A stretch of DNA of 64,000 bases. It comes from Alphaproteobacteria bacterium (GTDB lineage Bacteria; Pseudomonadota; Alphaproteobacteria; UBA6615). How positions within the stretch are numbered: position 1 is the first letter of the stretch; every line of letters begins with the position of its first letter. Shown here piece by piece: positions 46,364-57,746 of the stretch. Under the pieces are notes generated by a model. The model saw only the letters and a program-made list of their open reading frames with translations. It was not told the origin of the DNA and did no database searches. The stretch covers positions 1,450-65,449 of the forward strand of contig JAYOFE010000003.1 in assembly GCA_038117045.1 (NCBI GenBank). Reading direction: 5' to 3'. A program made the translations under genes and the position numbers.

Positions 46364-46390
46364 CAGGGTCCCGGCTATGCCGGGACCCTG
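46364..46390 (-). terminator. Stem-loop after the substrate-binding protein gene (stabiliser or partial terminator)
   Basis: CAGGGTCCCGGC-TAT-GCCGGGACCCTG perfect 12-bp stem. Confidence 0.7.
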
Positions 46391-46413
46391 AAAACTGATG
46401 TTAGCAGAATGGC

Positions 46414-47529
46414 CTAGCGGAAGTTTTCCTGCCAGACGCCACGAACGTCCTTGTACTCGTTCACGGCACTCACCCAGTCCTTCATACCGACGAGCTTGTG
46501 CTTGGAAAGGTCCATCAGGTACGGGGCCGCAGCGGCCGGGGCCTGATATCCTTCACGGAACGAGTAAACGGCTTCACCTTCAACGAAGATGTCCGCGCCT
46601 TCCTTCGAGAGCAGGAACTCGACCAGCAGCTTCGCGGCGTTCGGGCTCTTGGAACCCTTCAGCACGGCGACCTGGTTGCCGAGCATCGCCTGGCCTTCCT
46701 TATAGGAGCCCATCTTCAGCTTGTCCTTGAGGTCCGGCTGCTTGATCACGTTCTGGTAAACGCGGCCCGAGAGGTTCCACATGTCGAACGGACGCTGACA
46801 CGAGATAACCATCTGCATCTTCGGCTCCGTACGGAACTCGACGATCGGATCGGTCTTGGCAAGCGCCGGCCAGAACTCATTGAAGTCCACCTCACCGCTC
46901 TGCTGCATGGCGATAACGGTGTTGGTGTAGGTGAACGACTTCGTGATGTCGGACGAGATCGTCTTGCCCTTCAGCGAGGCATCGACCGCATCCTTGTAGG
47001 ACGTCACGTTAAAGTTCTCCATGCCCGGGCAGGACGCGTTCCAGACCGGCTGGAAGGTATAGGCCAGCGGGGTCACGACATGCGGATAACTGGAATACTG
47101 ACCAGCCGATTCCGCGAGGCCCTTGCTGTCGTTCCAGTTGACGGAGTCCAGTGCCTCGAACGCGCCACGCTTGGCAGCCTCATCGAAGAAGGCCGGCGAG
47201 TGCACGAGGATGGCATCGACGGTGAACTTGCCTGCCTGGATTTCCTGCTTGACCTGCGCGACGGTCGCGCCGGTGCCCTTTCGCAGGCTATTGAACTGGA
47301 AGTCGTCCCCGAGGTTGTACCGCTTCTTGAACGCCTCGCCCATACGCTGGGCCGTGCGGTCAGAGAAGAGTGGGTGAATGATCGTGACCGAGCCTTCTGC
47401 CTTGGCGAGCGGCGCGAGCTTAGCTTCCGTGGAGTTCATGTGGCCGGCAGCCATGGCGACCGAGCCGGTCGCGAGCATGGCCACTGCCGAAACGGCACCG
47501 ACCACGGTTGCTTTGAAGTGGGATTGCAT
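46414..47529 (-). CDS. ABC transporter substrate-binding protein (AfuA/FbpA-like class)
   Basis: Signal peptide MQSHFK...AMA, AKAEGSVTI, SPNAAKLLVEFLLSKEG; ATG follows AGGGAG. Confidence 0.88.
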   Translation of the reverse strand: MQSHFKATVVGAVSAVAMLATGSVAMAAGHMNSTEAKLAPLAKAEGSVTIIHPLFSDRTAQRMGEAFKKRYNLGDDFQFNSLRKGTGATVAQVKQEIQAGKFTVDAILVHSPAFFDEAAKRGAFEALDSVNWNDSKGLAESAGQYSSYPHVVTPLAYTFQPVWNASCPGMENFNVTSYKDAVDASLKGKTISSDITKSFTYTNTVIAMQQSGEVDFNEFWPALAKTDPIVEFRTEPKMQMVISCQRPFDMWNLSGRVYQNVIKQPDLKDKLKMGSYKEGQAMLGNQVAVLKGSKSPNAAKLLVEFLLSKEGADIFVEGEAVYSFREGYQAPAAAAPYLMDLSKHKLVGMKDWVSAVNEYKDVRGVWQENFR

Positions 47530-47681
47530 CGCTTTCTTCTCCCTGATTAACAAGAGCACGTAATTTTTTCTTTTTGTGTAACGGAATCGGCGGCTGGATG
47601 GAAGAGGTATAAGTACTACTGTCCGCATCCCGAACCCGTGACAGCCTGGGTCAGGAACCTCTTCGCGCCCGCCGGGAACCA

Positions 47682-48452
47682 CTAGTCACCGCGCAGGCGT
47701 TTCAGGGCAGCATCCTGCAGCGCACGCGTGTCCGGGTCCGACATGTTCAGCAGCACCTGGTCCTGTTCCAACGTGGCCGTATCCGGGCCAGCGGCAAGCC
47801 GGTTCACCGCTTCCTTGACCATCTGCTGCGCGACACGCGGCTTGGCAACCGCCTCGCGCGCCATGCTCAGCGCGGCCCCAAGCGTGTCATCTGACACAGC
47901 CTCGCACAGTCCCCATTCAAGAGCCGTCCGGGCATCAACCTGGCGGCACAACGCCGCAACCAGCTTTGCGCGCGCCGGGCCAACCAAACGGAAAAGACGC
48001 GGCAATGTCCCCCAGGAATAGGTGATCCCCAGTTCGACCTCGGGGGCGCGGACCCAGGCCCCGGTCTGGAACACCCGGAAATCGCATGACAGTGCCAGCG
48101 ACATGCCGCCGCCTATCGCAAACCGGTCCACAGCCGCGATAGTGATTTGCGGCAGCGCCTCCCAGGCCCGACACATTTCCAGACCCAGCCGGATATGTCG
48201 GCGCGCATCGAGCAGCACCTTGTCCTGAGCAAACGAGTCCGCCTCGGAGATGTCGTTGCCCGCGCAGAATGCACCCCCGGCACCGGTCAGCACGATTGCA
48301 CCGATGTCAGTGCGTTCGGCCAGTTCGCGCGCGACCCGGGCCAATTCGCGCTTCAGCTCGGCAGACAGCGCATTGCGCTTGTCAGGCCGGTTCATCCGGA
48401 CAACGGCGATCTCGTCACCCGCCTCCTCGACTGTCACCACTGGCTCAGCCAT
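47682..48452 (-). CDS. Enoyl-CoA hydratase/isomerase family protein
   Basis: MNRPDKRNALS, FCAGND, IGGG..LAL.CDFR, PEVELG. Confidence 0.9.
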   Translation of the reverse strand: MAEPVVTVEEAGDEIAVVRMNRPDKRNALSAELKRELARVARELAERTDIGAIVLTGAGGAFCAGNDISEADSFAQDKVLLDARRHIRLGLEMCRAWEALPQITIAAVDRFAIGGGMSLALSCDFRVFQTGAWVRAPEVELGITYSWGTLPRLFRLVGPARAKLVAALCRQVDARTALEWGLCEAVSDDTLGAALSMAREAVAKPRVAQQMVKEAVNRLAAGPDTATLEQDQVLLNMSDPDTRALQDAALKRLRGD

Positions 48453-48482
48453 TCAGGTTCACTCCCACTATGACGCTACACC

Positions 48483-49049
48483 CTAGGGCGTTGCATGCGG
48501 CGTCTTGGTTTGGTCCAGCGCTGGCCATTGCTCCGAGACATCCGGCAACGCGATTTCCTTGCCGGTCAGTCTCTCAACGGCGATCGAATAGACTGTCACC
48601 GCATCTAGACGCGGATAGAAGCCCTTTGGCCGCTCTACCGTTGCCTTGCGGTACTTGGTCAGGAACGCATCGAAGAAAGCGGCCTTGTCGTTCCTGTCAT
48701 CGACGATCGAAATCGTCCCGAAAGCCACCACACTTTCATACGCCAGCGTTGAATCGCACTCGAACCGCCCGTAGTCGAACACAGGGCCGGCCTCGTCGAC
48801 CTCGAAGCAGACCTTCGGATTGAGATCGATGTTGGTACGCAAGTGACCGGTGGCGGAGGTGTTGTGCACCCAGACGGAGCCGCGGGCCCCTGCGTCAAGG
48901 CGCCACACATAGAGAAGCGGCACACAATAGGGCCAGTTGTCGGCACCGACGGTGGCGAGCCTTCCACAGTATCCGCGCAACAGGAGCGCAAAGGCACGTT
49001 CGTCAGGCATCAACCTGTCCGTGCGGCGAACATGTGTAAAATCGCTCAT
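48483..49049 (-). CDS. Pyridoxamine 5'-phosphate oxidase/NimA-like flavin-binding protein
   Basis: GRLATV...PYCVPLLY...NPKVCFEVD...YESVVAFG...LTGK. Confidence 0.85.
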   Translation of the reverse strand: MSDFTHVRRTDRLMPDERAFALLLRGYCGRLATVGADNWPYCVPLLYVWRLDAGARGSVWVHNTSATGHLRTNIDLNPKVCFEVDEAGPVFDYGRFECDSTLAYESVVAFGTISIVDDRNDKAAFFDAFLTKYRKATVERPKGFYPRLDAVTVYSIAVERLTGKEIALPDVSEQWPALDQTKTPHATP

Positions 49050-49113
49050 GATCAGCCACCTCACGCTCTCGATACGTCGGGCGGAGCAGGAACCGCCGTT
49101 GCCGGTCCGGGAC

Positions 49114-49980
49114 CTAGTCGTAGAACACGAAGGCGCGTGTCTCGATGGTCTCGCGCGCCGCCGCATTTGCCGGCGTATCGGGATCCTCGAAAGCGGAATG
49201 GAGCGAATAGCGCGCCGTGCCGTCCCGCAGCGTGTCGTAGTTCTTGAACATCAGCACTTCGTCGCGGGTCATGCGCGGGAACCAGTACCATTTGTGGTTT
49301 GGGTCGTAGATCGCATGCCGCGTCTCGCTGGGCCGGTTGTATTCGAAGGACGGTTCGGGCCGCAGCGGTGCCTCGCGGCGGGTCTGGGTTAGCTGCGTGT
49401 CGTCGATCGTCCGAGCGTCACAAACTGTGAGCGGCCACTGTTCCAGGGTTCCGGTCATGGACCTCCATGCATTGACGATGGAGAACCGGCGATTCAGACG
49501 TAGCTCGGCCTCCTCGTCTCCGAACCTGTCCCGCATGCGCTGGAAGGCGGAATTGTCGGTGTAGTCGCTATGCGGCGCCGGCACCGGGTCGCGTGAGGCG
49601 TATTTTTCGCGGTGCTCCTGGTTCGTGGAACGCCGGGTGTGGTCGAACACCACGGCCTCGGTCCCGCCGGCGACCTCGGCGATCAGCTTCTCGATCTCCG
49701 GCGTGTAGATGCTCGCGAGCTGTTCGTCGTCGTTGAAGTCCGTGACCTTCGTCACCTGTTCGGCCAGCGCGAAACCCTCGACGTCGAGCGAGAACCTGTT
49801 CGGCGCCAGACGCGCATTGAGGATCGGTATTTCGCGCGGCGTGCGATCGTCATTCTTCCGGTGTTCGCCACCAATCTTGGCGGCATGTGCAAACACCGGA
49901 ATCTTGTCGAGATTCGTGAGGTAGTTCAGCGACGCAACAGTCTGCGGCTGCGTCAGCGCGTCATGAGCCTGAGCGTTCAC
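49114..49980 (-). CDS. CmcJ/NvfI family oxidoreductase
   Basis: FSLDVEGF, VFDHTRR, HSDYT, VNAWR, HSAF, RETIETR. Confidence 0.85.
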   Translation of the reverse strand: MNAQAHDALTQPQTVASLNYLTNLDKIPVFAHAAKIGGEHRKNDDRTPREIPILNARLAPNRFSLDVEGFALAEQVTKVTDFNDDEQLASIYTPEIEKLIAEVAGGTEAVVFDHTRRSTNQEHREKYASRDPVPAPHSDYTDNSAFQRMRDRFGDEEAELRLNRRFSIVNAWRSMTGTLEQWPLTVCDARTIDDTQLTQTRREAPLRPEPSFEYNRPSETRHAIYDPNHKWYWFPRMTRDEVLMFKNYDTLRDGTARYSLHSAFEDPDTPANAAARETIETRAFVFYD

Positions 49981-50064
49981 GGCGGTTTCTCCCTTATATT
50001 TTCGGGAAGTCTAGGGCGGGCAGCGGCACAGTGTCCACGCGCAACGGCCTGCACGCGGCGCAAG

Positions 50065-51258
50065 TCAGATCAGCGGATTGTCGGTCTCGAGCCCCAGCGC
50101 GACGCGGCCATGGGCCGGGCCGTTGATCTCCCAGGAGATATGGGCATGGGTCAGCCCGGCTGTGAGATCGCGCATCGGCCGCTGAAGCGGTCCCGCGCTG
50201 GTCATCGCTGAAGCGCCCATCACGCTGAAGATGCCGCGCCCGGCTTCCCCGGCAAACTTCGCGGCCAGCGCCCCGTCACGCCGCCAGCGCAGTTTGGCCT
50301 CGACCGGCGGCACCGCACCGGCTTCGGCATAGGCAAGGGATTCGGCAAAATTGGCGAACAGAAGCGCCCGGCCCGCATCGATCAGCGCGCCCGCTTCGGC
50401 CACCTTGTTCTGCACCGGCACGAGTTCGGCCACCTTCCGCCCGCTCTGCCGGGCGCTGCGCTCGCGCAGGGACTCCACGCCCACATCCCACATGCCCCGG
50501 GCGACCCCGAGCAGCACCGTCGAGATCATGTGGGGAAATAGCCCGCCGACAGACTGGCGGTACACGGGCGACGGGTTGGCATCCGTGCCGGGTGTGCGGT
50601 CGCCACGCGTCGCGTTGCCTGCAAGCGTCATGTATTCGGGTACGAACAGGTCATCGCATTCGCTATCGACACTGCCCGTCGCGCTCAATCCCATCACGTC
50701 CCAGTTGTCGTGGATCGTCAGGTCCCGCGTCCGAATCAGAAAAACCCGCGCCTCGGGGCCGCCATCCGGACCGGCCCCCTCGACCATGCCACCAACCATG
50801 ATCCATTCGGAGTGGTTGATGCCGCTGCAGAACGGCCAGCGCCCGGTCAGCCGGTAGCCGCCGTCGGTCTTCACCGCCCGCCCCGCCGGATAGATCACCG
50901 AGGATGCGATCAGCGCGTCAGGGTTCTCGTTCCAGACCGTGTCCTGGCCTTCGGGCGGCCACATGGCCAGCATCCAGTGATGCACGGCGAGGTTGATATA
51001 GACCCAGCCGGTCGAGGCGCATCCGCGCGCCAGTTCCTGGGCCACCTCGGTCAGCAGACGGAAGTCGTACTCACCGCCGCCGACGCGCGCCGGCTGGTTG
51101 ATGCGCCACAGGCCGTTCTTGTGGAGTTCCCGGATCGTCTCTTCAGGAATACGGCCCACCGCCTCGGCGGCACCGGCCCGCGCACGCACGACAGGGATCA
51201 TGGCATGCGCCAGCGCCAGCATTTCCTCGCGTGCTGTAAGGGGTTTGGTTTTACTCAT
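50065..51258 (-). CDS. Two-component flavin-dependent monooxygenase, oxygenase subunit (acyl-CoA dehydrogenase fold, HsaA-like)
   Basis: QPARVGGGE, GCASTGW, GRWPFCSG, WDVMGLSATGS, LQRPMRD...H. Confidence 0.88.
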   Translation of the reverse strand: MSKTKPLTAREEMLALAHAMIPVVRARAGAAEAVGRIPEETIRELHKNGLWRINQPARVGGGEYDFRLLTEVAQELARGCASTGWVYINLAVHHWMLAMWPPEGQDTVWNENPDALIASSVIYPAGRAVKTDGGYRLTGRWPFCSGINHSEWIMVGGMVEGAGPDGGPEARVFLIRTRDLTIHDNWDVMGLSATGSVDSECDDLFVPEYMTLAGNATRGDRTPGTDANPSPVYRQSVGGLFPHMISTVLLGVARGMWDVGVESLRERSARQSGRKVAELVPVQNKVAEAGALIDAGRALLFANFAESLAYAEAGAVPPVEAKLRWRRDGALAAKFAGEAGRGIFSVMGASAMTSAGPLQRPMRDLTAGLTHAHISWEINGPAHGRVALGLETDNPLI

Positions 51259-51614
51259 AGCCGACATAACGCAACAGAGATGCCCCAGACCGCAAGGCAA
51301 GAATAATTCCGACGTTTGCGCAGCTCTCCGTTCCTGCTGGTTATATCAATCGCAGTGACCACATAAGCGTCAGATCGCACCCCAAAGGCAAACCGCGGCG
51401 GACATCCAGCCCCATCGGGCGCTTTGGCGTGTTCTAAATTTTCAGGTCGGCCGGAGCACGTTGTTTCATCTGCGGGGTTGACCGAGCAATCACGAACGAG
51501 CTGTCCGCGCTTGCCCCGCAATAAGCAGCAGACCCCGACAGTGTCGGGCAATCAATAGAATAGTTTTAGACAAATCTCTCACATCCACCCTCACATAAAA
51601 TATTTTACGGCCTA

Positions 51615-52610
51615 CTATTGTCTCTGAACCAAAATTGTTTTTCTCAGAACATTACCTACCTTATCCCTAACAATAAAATCGTATGAGGAATTCGACAAAT
51701 CAATACCATTTAAATACCCTTGATCGATCACAACATAACCGAGCGCTCCAGGGGCGAGTATGGACTTTCCGGTTCCGCTGGAATTACTCGAAACACGGAT
51801 TTCGACGACCAAATCTTCTAAACTGCGCTGATCCCATTTCACTGCAGCCTTTGAAGCTGGAAGGTCAAGCGTACCAGGCCGGATCAGGACCGGCTGCAGA
51901 ACTTCCGATGGCCGCCCAGAAATACCTGGCTCCGCCCAGTAATCTAACACTGGCAAGGCAAAACCCGCGACAGCGCCGGAGTAAAGGCCTGCGCTTCGGC
52001 CGGCCGAGGCAAGATTCGACAATGATTCCCGATCATAGACCAAATCGAACCTCAGCAGGACACTGTAGGTTCCCGGGGGATCCAGAGGGAGGTTCTTATA
52101 CGAAGGCCCATCAATCGTTATTTTTCCGTCGAGCGGCATCAAGAAGGAAAATGGCTGAATTTTCCGGAACTTGGTTTGCTTGCCGCGATCAGCTTCTGGA
52201 AGCGAAGCCTCTGTAAACCGGTCGATCAACTCTATCTCCGGGTCAGTCGGCGAACGAACTTCCCACCAACCGGTCAAGCGTCCCTGGCCTGTGCCAATTA
52301 TTTCTGCACGCACATAACCCGTCTCGACGTTGTCTGTTGTGACAACAACCTGATGATCCCGATAATCCGCACTGGGAACTTCGCCGTAAATATCAATCTT
52401 ACTCAAGGAGATCGGCGTTCTTGCAGTTCCAGCGGTGAGCCTGCAAGTGACAACCACCAGAACAGGCACACCAGCCCCTGCCCCGATATCAACACCTGCA
52501 TCCGGGGTGAATTTGCGCACATAGAAAAAGTCTGAATGCTCGCCCCGTTGCGCGAGAACGACTGCCCGACGGGCAACAGAGTAGGGAATCGTCATTACAT
52601 CGAAAATTGA
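51615..52610 (-). pseudogene. AT-richer hypothetical gene, probably 5'-truncated by the IS3 end
   Basis: 326-aa ORF with atypical codons; the frame stays open (SIFDVM...) from the IS terminus at 52611; no RBS seen before ATG 52595. Confidence 0.6.
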
Positions 52611-53011
52611 TGACCTGTCCCCACGTTTAGTACCAGCGGTTAGTTTAGACTGTTTGTTGAGCGGCGAGTAGCCCGCAGCCTCCCGGCAGCGGAGGGCGGA
52701 TCGCCGCGGTGAGGCACGATGGTCTGCGGTGCGGGCGGCCTGTAGCCCAGCGAACTATGCGGCCTGATGGTGTTGTAATGCCTGCGCCATTGTTCGATCA
52801 GCACCTTTGCCTCCGTTATTGAGTAGAAGATCTCCCCGTTCAGCAGCTCGTCTCTGAGCTTGCCGTTGAATGACTCGTTGTAGCCATTCTCCCAGGGTGA
52901 TCCGGGTTCGATGTACAACGTCTTCACGCCCACCCTTGGCAACCAGTCACGCACCGCCTTCGCCGTGAACTCGCTGCCGTTGTCGGACCGGATATGGTCA
53001 GGCGCTCCGCG
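52611..53011 (-). mobile_element. IS3-family (IS407-group-like) remnant: right IR plus 3' part of the DDE transposase
   Basis: Terminus TGACCTGTCCCCACGTTTAGTACCA at 52611; [15 protein letters not shown]...[23 protein letters not shown]...[15 protein letters not shown]; no orfA or left IR. Confidence 0.9.
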
Positions 53012-53226
53012 TCCTCGGGCTTCGCGCCCTCCGACGCCGCGATGAGAAGCATGTTCGCAAAGCCCTGGCGCACACGGGCCTCGTCGCCTTCGACCAGTTC
53101 GTTTGTGTCGGGATCGATGCCGCGCATGCCTGCGACAAAGACGTAGTCCCCCGCACGGCTGCCGACCGTCCAGGTTCCGGTCGGCGCGATCGCGCCCTCG
53201 GGCGACAGGTAGTTGGTGCCGGACAT
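53007..53226 (-). pseudogene. RidA/YjgF family gene, 3'-truncated
   Basis: [12 protein letters not shown]...[18 protein letters not shown]...QGFANM...GAKPEDA, after which the sequence switches to transposase. Confidence 0.75.
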
Positions 53227-53352
53227 TGTGTCCGGGCGGGAAGAACTGGGCATGCAAGCCTCCGGCAAAAACAACTCAGGCCGGAACTGTAGGGGCCGCC
53301 GTCTGAGCCTGACAAGGCGACGGCGGCCCGTACTGGATTTGGGCGGCGTGCC

Positions 53353-53736
53353 TCAAGCCTTGGGGCGGTGCAGCGCGCAGATCTTGTTGCCAAAGGGATC
53401 GCGCAGATAGGCCAGGTAGACCTTGCCCGCCGCACCTTCACGCCAGCCCGGCGGATCCTCGGCGGTGGTGCCGCCATTCGCCACGCCGGCCGCATGCCAG
53501 GCGTCAGCCATCTCCGGGTTTTCGCAAAGGAACCCGATGGTTCCGCCATTGGCACCGCATGCAGATACGCCGTTGATCGGCTTCGAAATGCCGAATGTGC
53601 CCGTCGGGGTGCGATAGAAAATCCGGCCCTTGGGATCCATCTTGCCTTCCGGCACGCCGACCGCGCCAAGCACGGCGTCATAGAACTTCTTGGAAACCTC
53701 GACGTCGTCCGCGCCGATCATGATGTGGGAAAACAT
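53353..53736 (-). CDS. VOC family protein
   Basis: MFSHIMIGADD...FYDAVL...NGGTIGF...YLAYLRDPFGNKIC. Confidence 0.9.
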   Translation of the reverse strand: MFSHIMIGADDVEVSKKFYDAVLGAVGVPEGKMDPKGRIFYRTPTGTFGISKPINGVSACGANGGTIGFLCENPEMADAWHAAGVANGGTTAEDPPGWREGAAGKVYLAYLRDPFGNKICALHRPKA

Positions 53737-53893
53737 TCCTTCTCCTCCGCGTGTCGCCGCCCAGCCGGGGAATCTCCCCGCACGGATGCGGCCTGTTGGT
53801 GCCTCAACCTAGCACCGGCGCGTGATCTTTCGCCCGCGCAGGCGGTCCGTCGAGTGAATTTTTTGTGGGGTGCCTGTGCGGCAGCGGGATGGC

Positions 53894-54883
53894 TTACTGG
53901 GAGCAGCTTCCGCCGCCCAGTACGCAGAACTTCGCGCAATGGGGATGGTTGAGCTTCACGGCGCCGTCCCTGAAATTGCCGCCATCCGCCTCCGCCGCCT
54001 CGGAGAGGGTCTCCCCCATCTCGAAGGCCGGGTCGTAGGCCAGCAGGGTGCAGGGCAGGACGACAGATGCATCCGCGCCCTTGCGCCGGACGACCATGCG
54101 GCTCTCGGCACACATCATGGCATCGGGTGAGACGTCGAGGATGCCCCAGCAGGCGGTGGTGATCTCCGGCACGTCGGCCTGCTCATCCATTTCGGGGAAC
54201 AGCACAAGCTGCGACGGATCATCCGCATCCAGCGGAAGGCCTCGCGCGGTGAAGAGCGAACGGTAGCCGCCTCGAAGCGTATGTTCGTCCTCGCCGAACC
54301 GGGTCCGTCCGGCAACGGCGATGGCGAACCCGCTTTCCGCAAGCCAACCGAGTCCCTCAAGCGCTCGGACGAAGCTGCCCGCGCCGCGTTCGGTGTCGTG
54401 CATCTGTTCCGAGAAATGGTCGATGCTAACCCGAAACTTGAGCTGGTCGCCGTAAGCGGATTTCAGTTCCAGCAGGCCGTTCTTTACCCTAGGGCGCTGC
54501 ATGGGCTGCATGGCGTTGGTGAGGATGAGCACCTCGTGGCCACGCTCCAGGCACATCCGCGCCATCGCGATCATGTCCGGGTTCAGGAAGGGCTCGCCGC
54601 CTGTGAAGCCGATCTCCTGCGTCGGAAGCCCGCCCGCCTTGATCTCGTCCAGGTATGGCGCGATGTCGGCAGTCGTCAGGTAGAGGAGGCGGTCGTTGCG
54701 CGGGCTCGATTCAATGTAGCAATGGGCACATTCGATGTTGCACAGCGTCCCTGTGTTGAACCACAGGGTGGACAGGGCGCGCAGTGGCACCTGGGCACGG
54801 TTCTCGCCCGCATCGGTGAAGTCGGGGTTCGTGAAACGTCCAAACGATACAACAGGGCGGACGTTATCGATGGTCTCTGACAT
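53894..54883 (-). CDS. Radical SAM protein with Cys-rich C-terminus
   Basis: CNIECAHC, FTGGEPFLN, LTN; C-terminal HPHCAKFCVLGGGSCS. Confidence 0.9.
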   Translation of the reverse strand: MSETIDNVRPVVSFGRFTNPDFTDAGENRAQVPLRALSTLWFNTGTLCNIECAHCYIESSPRNDRLLYLTTADIAPYLDEIKAGGLPTQEIGFTGGEPFLNPDMIAMARMCLERGHEVLILTNAMQPMQRPRVKNGLLELKSAYGDQLKFRVSIDHFSEQMHDTERGAGSFVRALEGLGWLAESGFAIAVAGRTRFGEDEHTLRGGYRSLFTARGLPLDADDPSQLVLFPEMDEQADVPEITTACWGILDVSPDAMMCAESRMVVRRKGADASVVLPCTLLAYDPAFEMGETLSEAAEADGGNFRDGAVKLNHPHCAKFCVLGGGSCSQ

Positions 54884-55044
54884 ACAAATCTACCTCGTAC
54901 AGGACTGTCAGTCAGGCGTGATCGTATCGGGCGCGACGTCGTCATGTCAGAGGACGGCCCTACAAGTTCTTGTGATGGAAGAGAACAGGCCGGCGACGGT
55001 GGAACGGACACCGGTTTTCCATCGTTCATTGACGAACAGGAGAA

Positions 55045-55081
55045 GACGTCTTATTTTAGAATTATTCTAATATAAGACGTC
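55045..55081. promoter_or_regulatory. 37-bp near-perfect palindrome containing an Irr ICE-like box
   Basis: GACGTCTTATTTTAGAA-TTA-TTCTAATATAAGACGTC (one mismatch); core TTTAGAA-N3-TTCTAAT. Confidence 0.7.
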
Positions 55082-55115
55082 AACCGGGCGTCGGGATGAA
55101 ACCAGGAGATCGACA

Positions 55116-57284
<2,169 letters not shown>

Positions 57285-57350
57285 CCAGGACCAGATTGTC
57301 TGAGTGGGGCGGCGTTCCGGGAAACCGGGACGCCGTTTCCTCCCGGCTGC

Positions 57351-57746
57351 CTACCCGCGCGGAGCGGTCAGATATTCCGCGATCGTGGCGAGAAGTTTCT
57401 TCGAGTCCACCGGCTTCGTCAGGCAGACGTTCATGCCCGATTCGACGATCTGCTTGCGGTCCGCAATCATCGCGTAGGCCGTTAATCCGATGATCGGAAT
57501 CTCCGCGACGTCTCCTTCGCTCTCCCGGATCCGGGCCGACGCTTCGAGGCCGCTCATTTCCGGCATCTGCAAATCCATGATCACGAGGTCGAACTGGCCG
57601 GTGCGCGCGGCCTCGATCGCCCGCACACCGTTGGTCACCACCTCGACGTCGTAGTGCCTGCTGCGGAGAATGGAGATAACCAGCCGCTGGTTCACGGCGT
57701 TGTCTTCGGCAACGAGGATTCGCGCGCGCGTCTTAGTCACGGACAT
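57351..57746 (-). CDS. Single-domain response regulator
   Basis: ILVAEDN, MDLQMPEMSG, LTA, KP; ATG follows GGGAGG. Confidence 0.9.
   Translation of the reverse strand: MSVTKTRARILVAEDNAVNQRLVISILRSRHYDVEVVTNGVRAIEAARTGQFDLVIMDLQMPEMSGLEASARIRESEGDVAEIPIIGLTAYAMIADRKQIVESGMNVCLTKPVDSKKLLATIAEYLTAPRG

Noticed and set aside
52640-53257. 205-aa ORF as an intact transposase
   Set aside because: Only the part below about 53011 is transposase; the N-terminus is an off-frame reading of the RidA remnant
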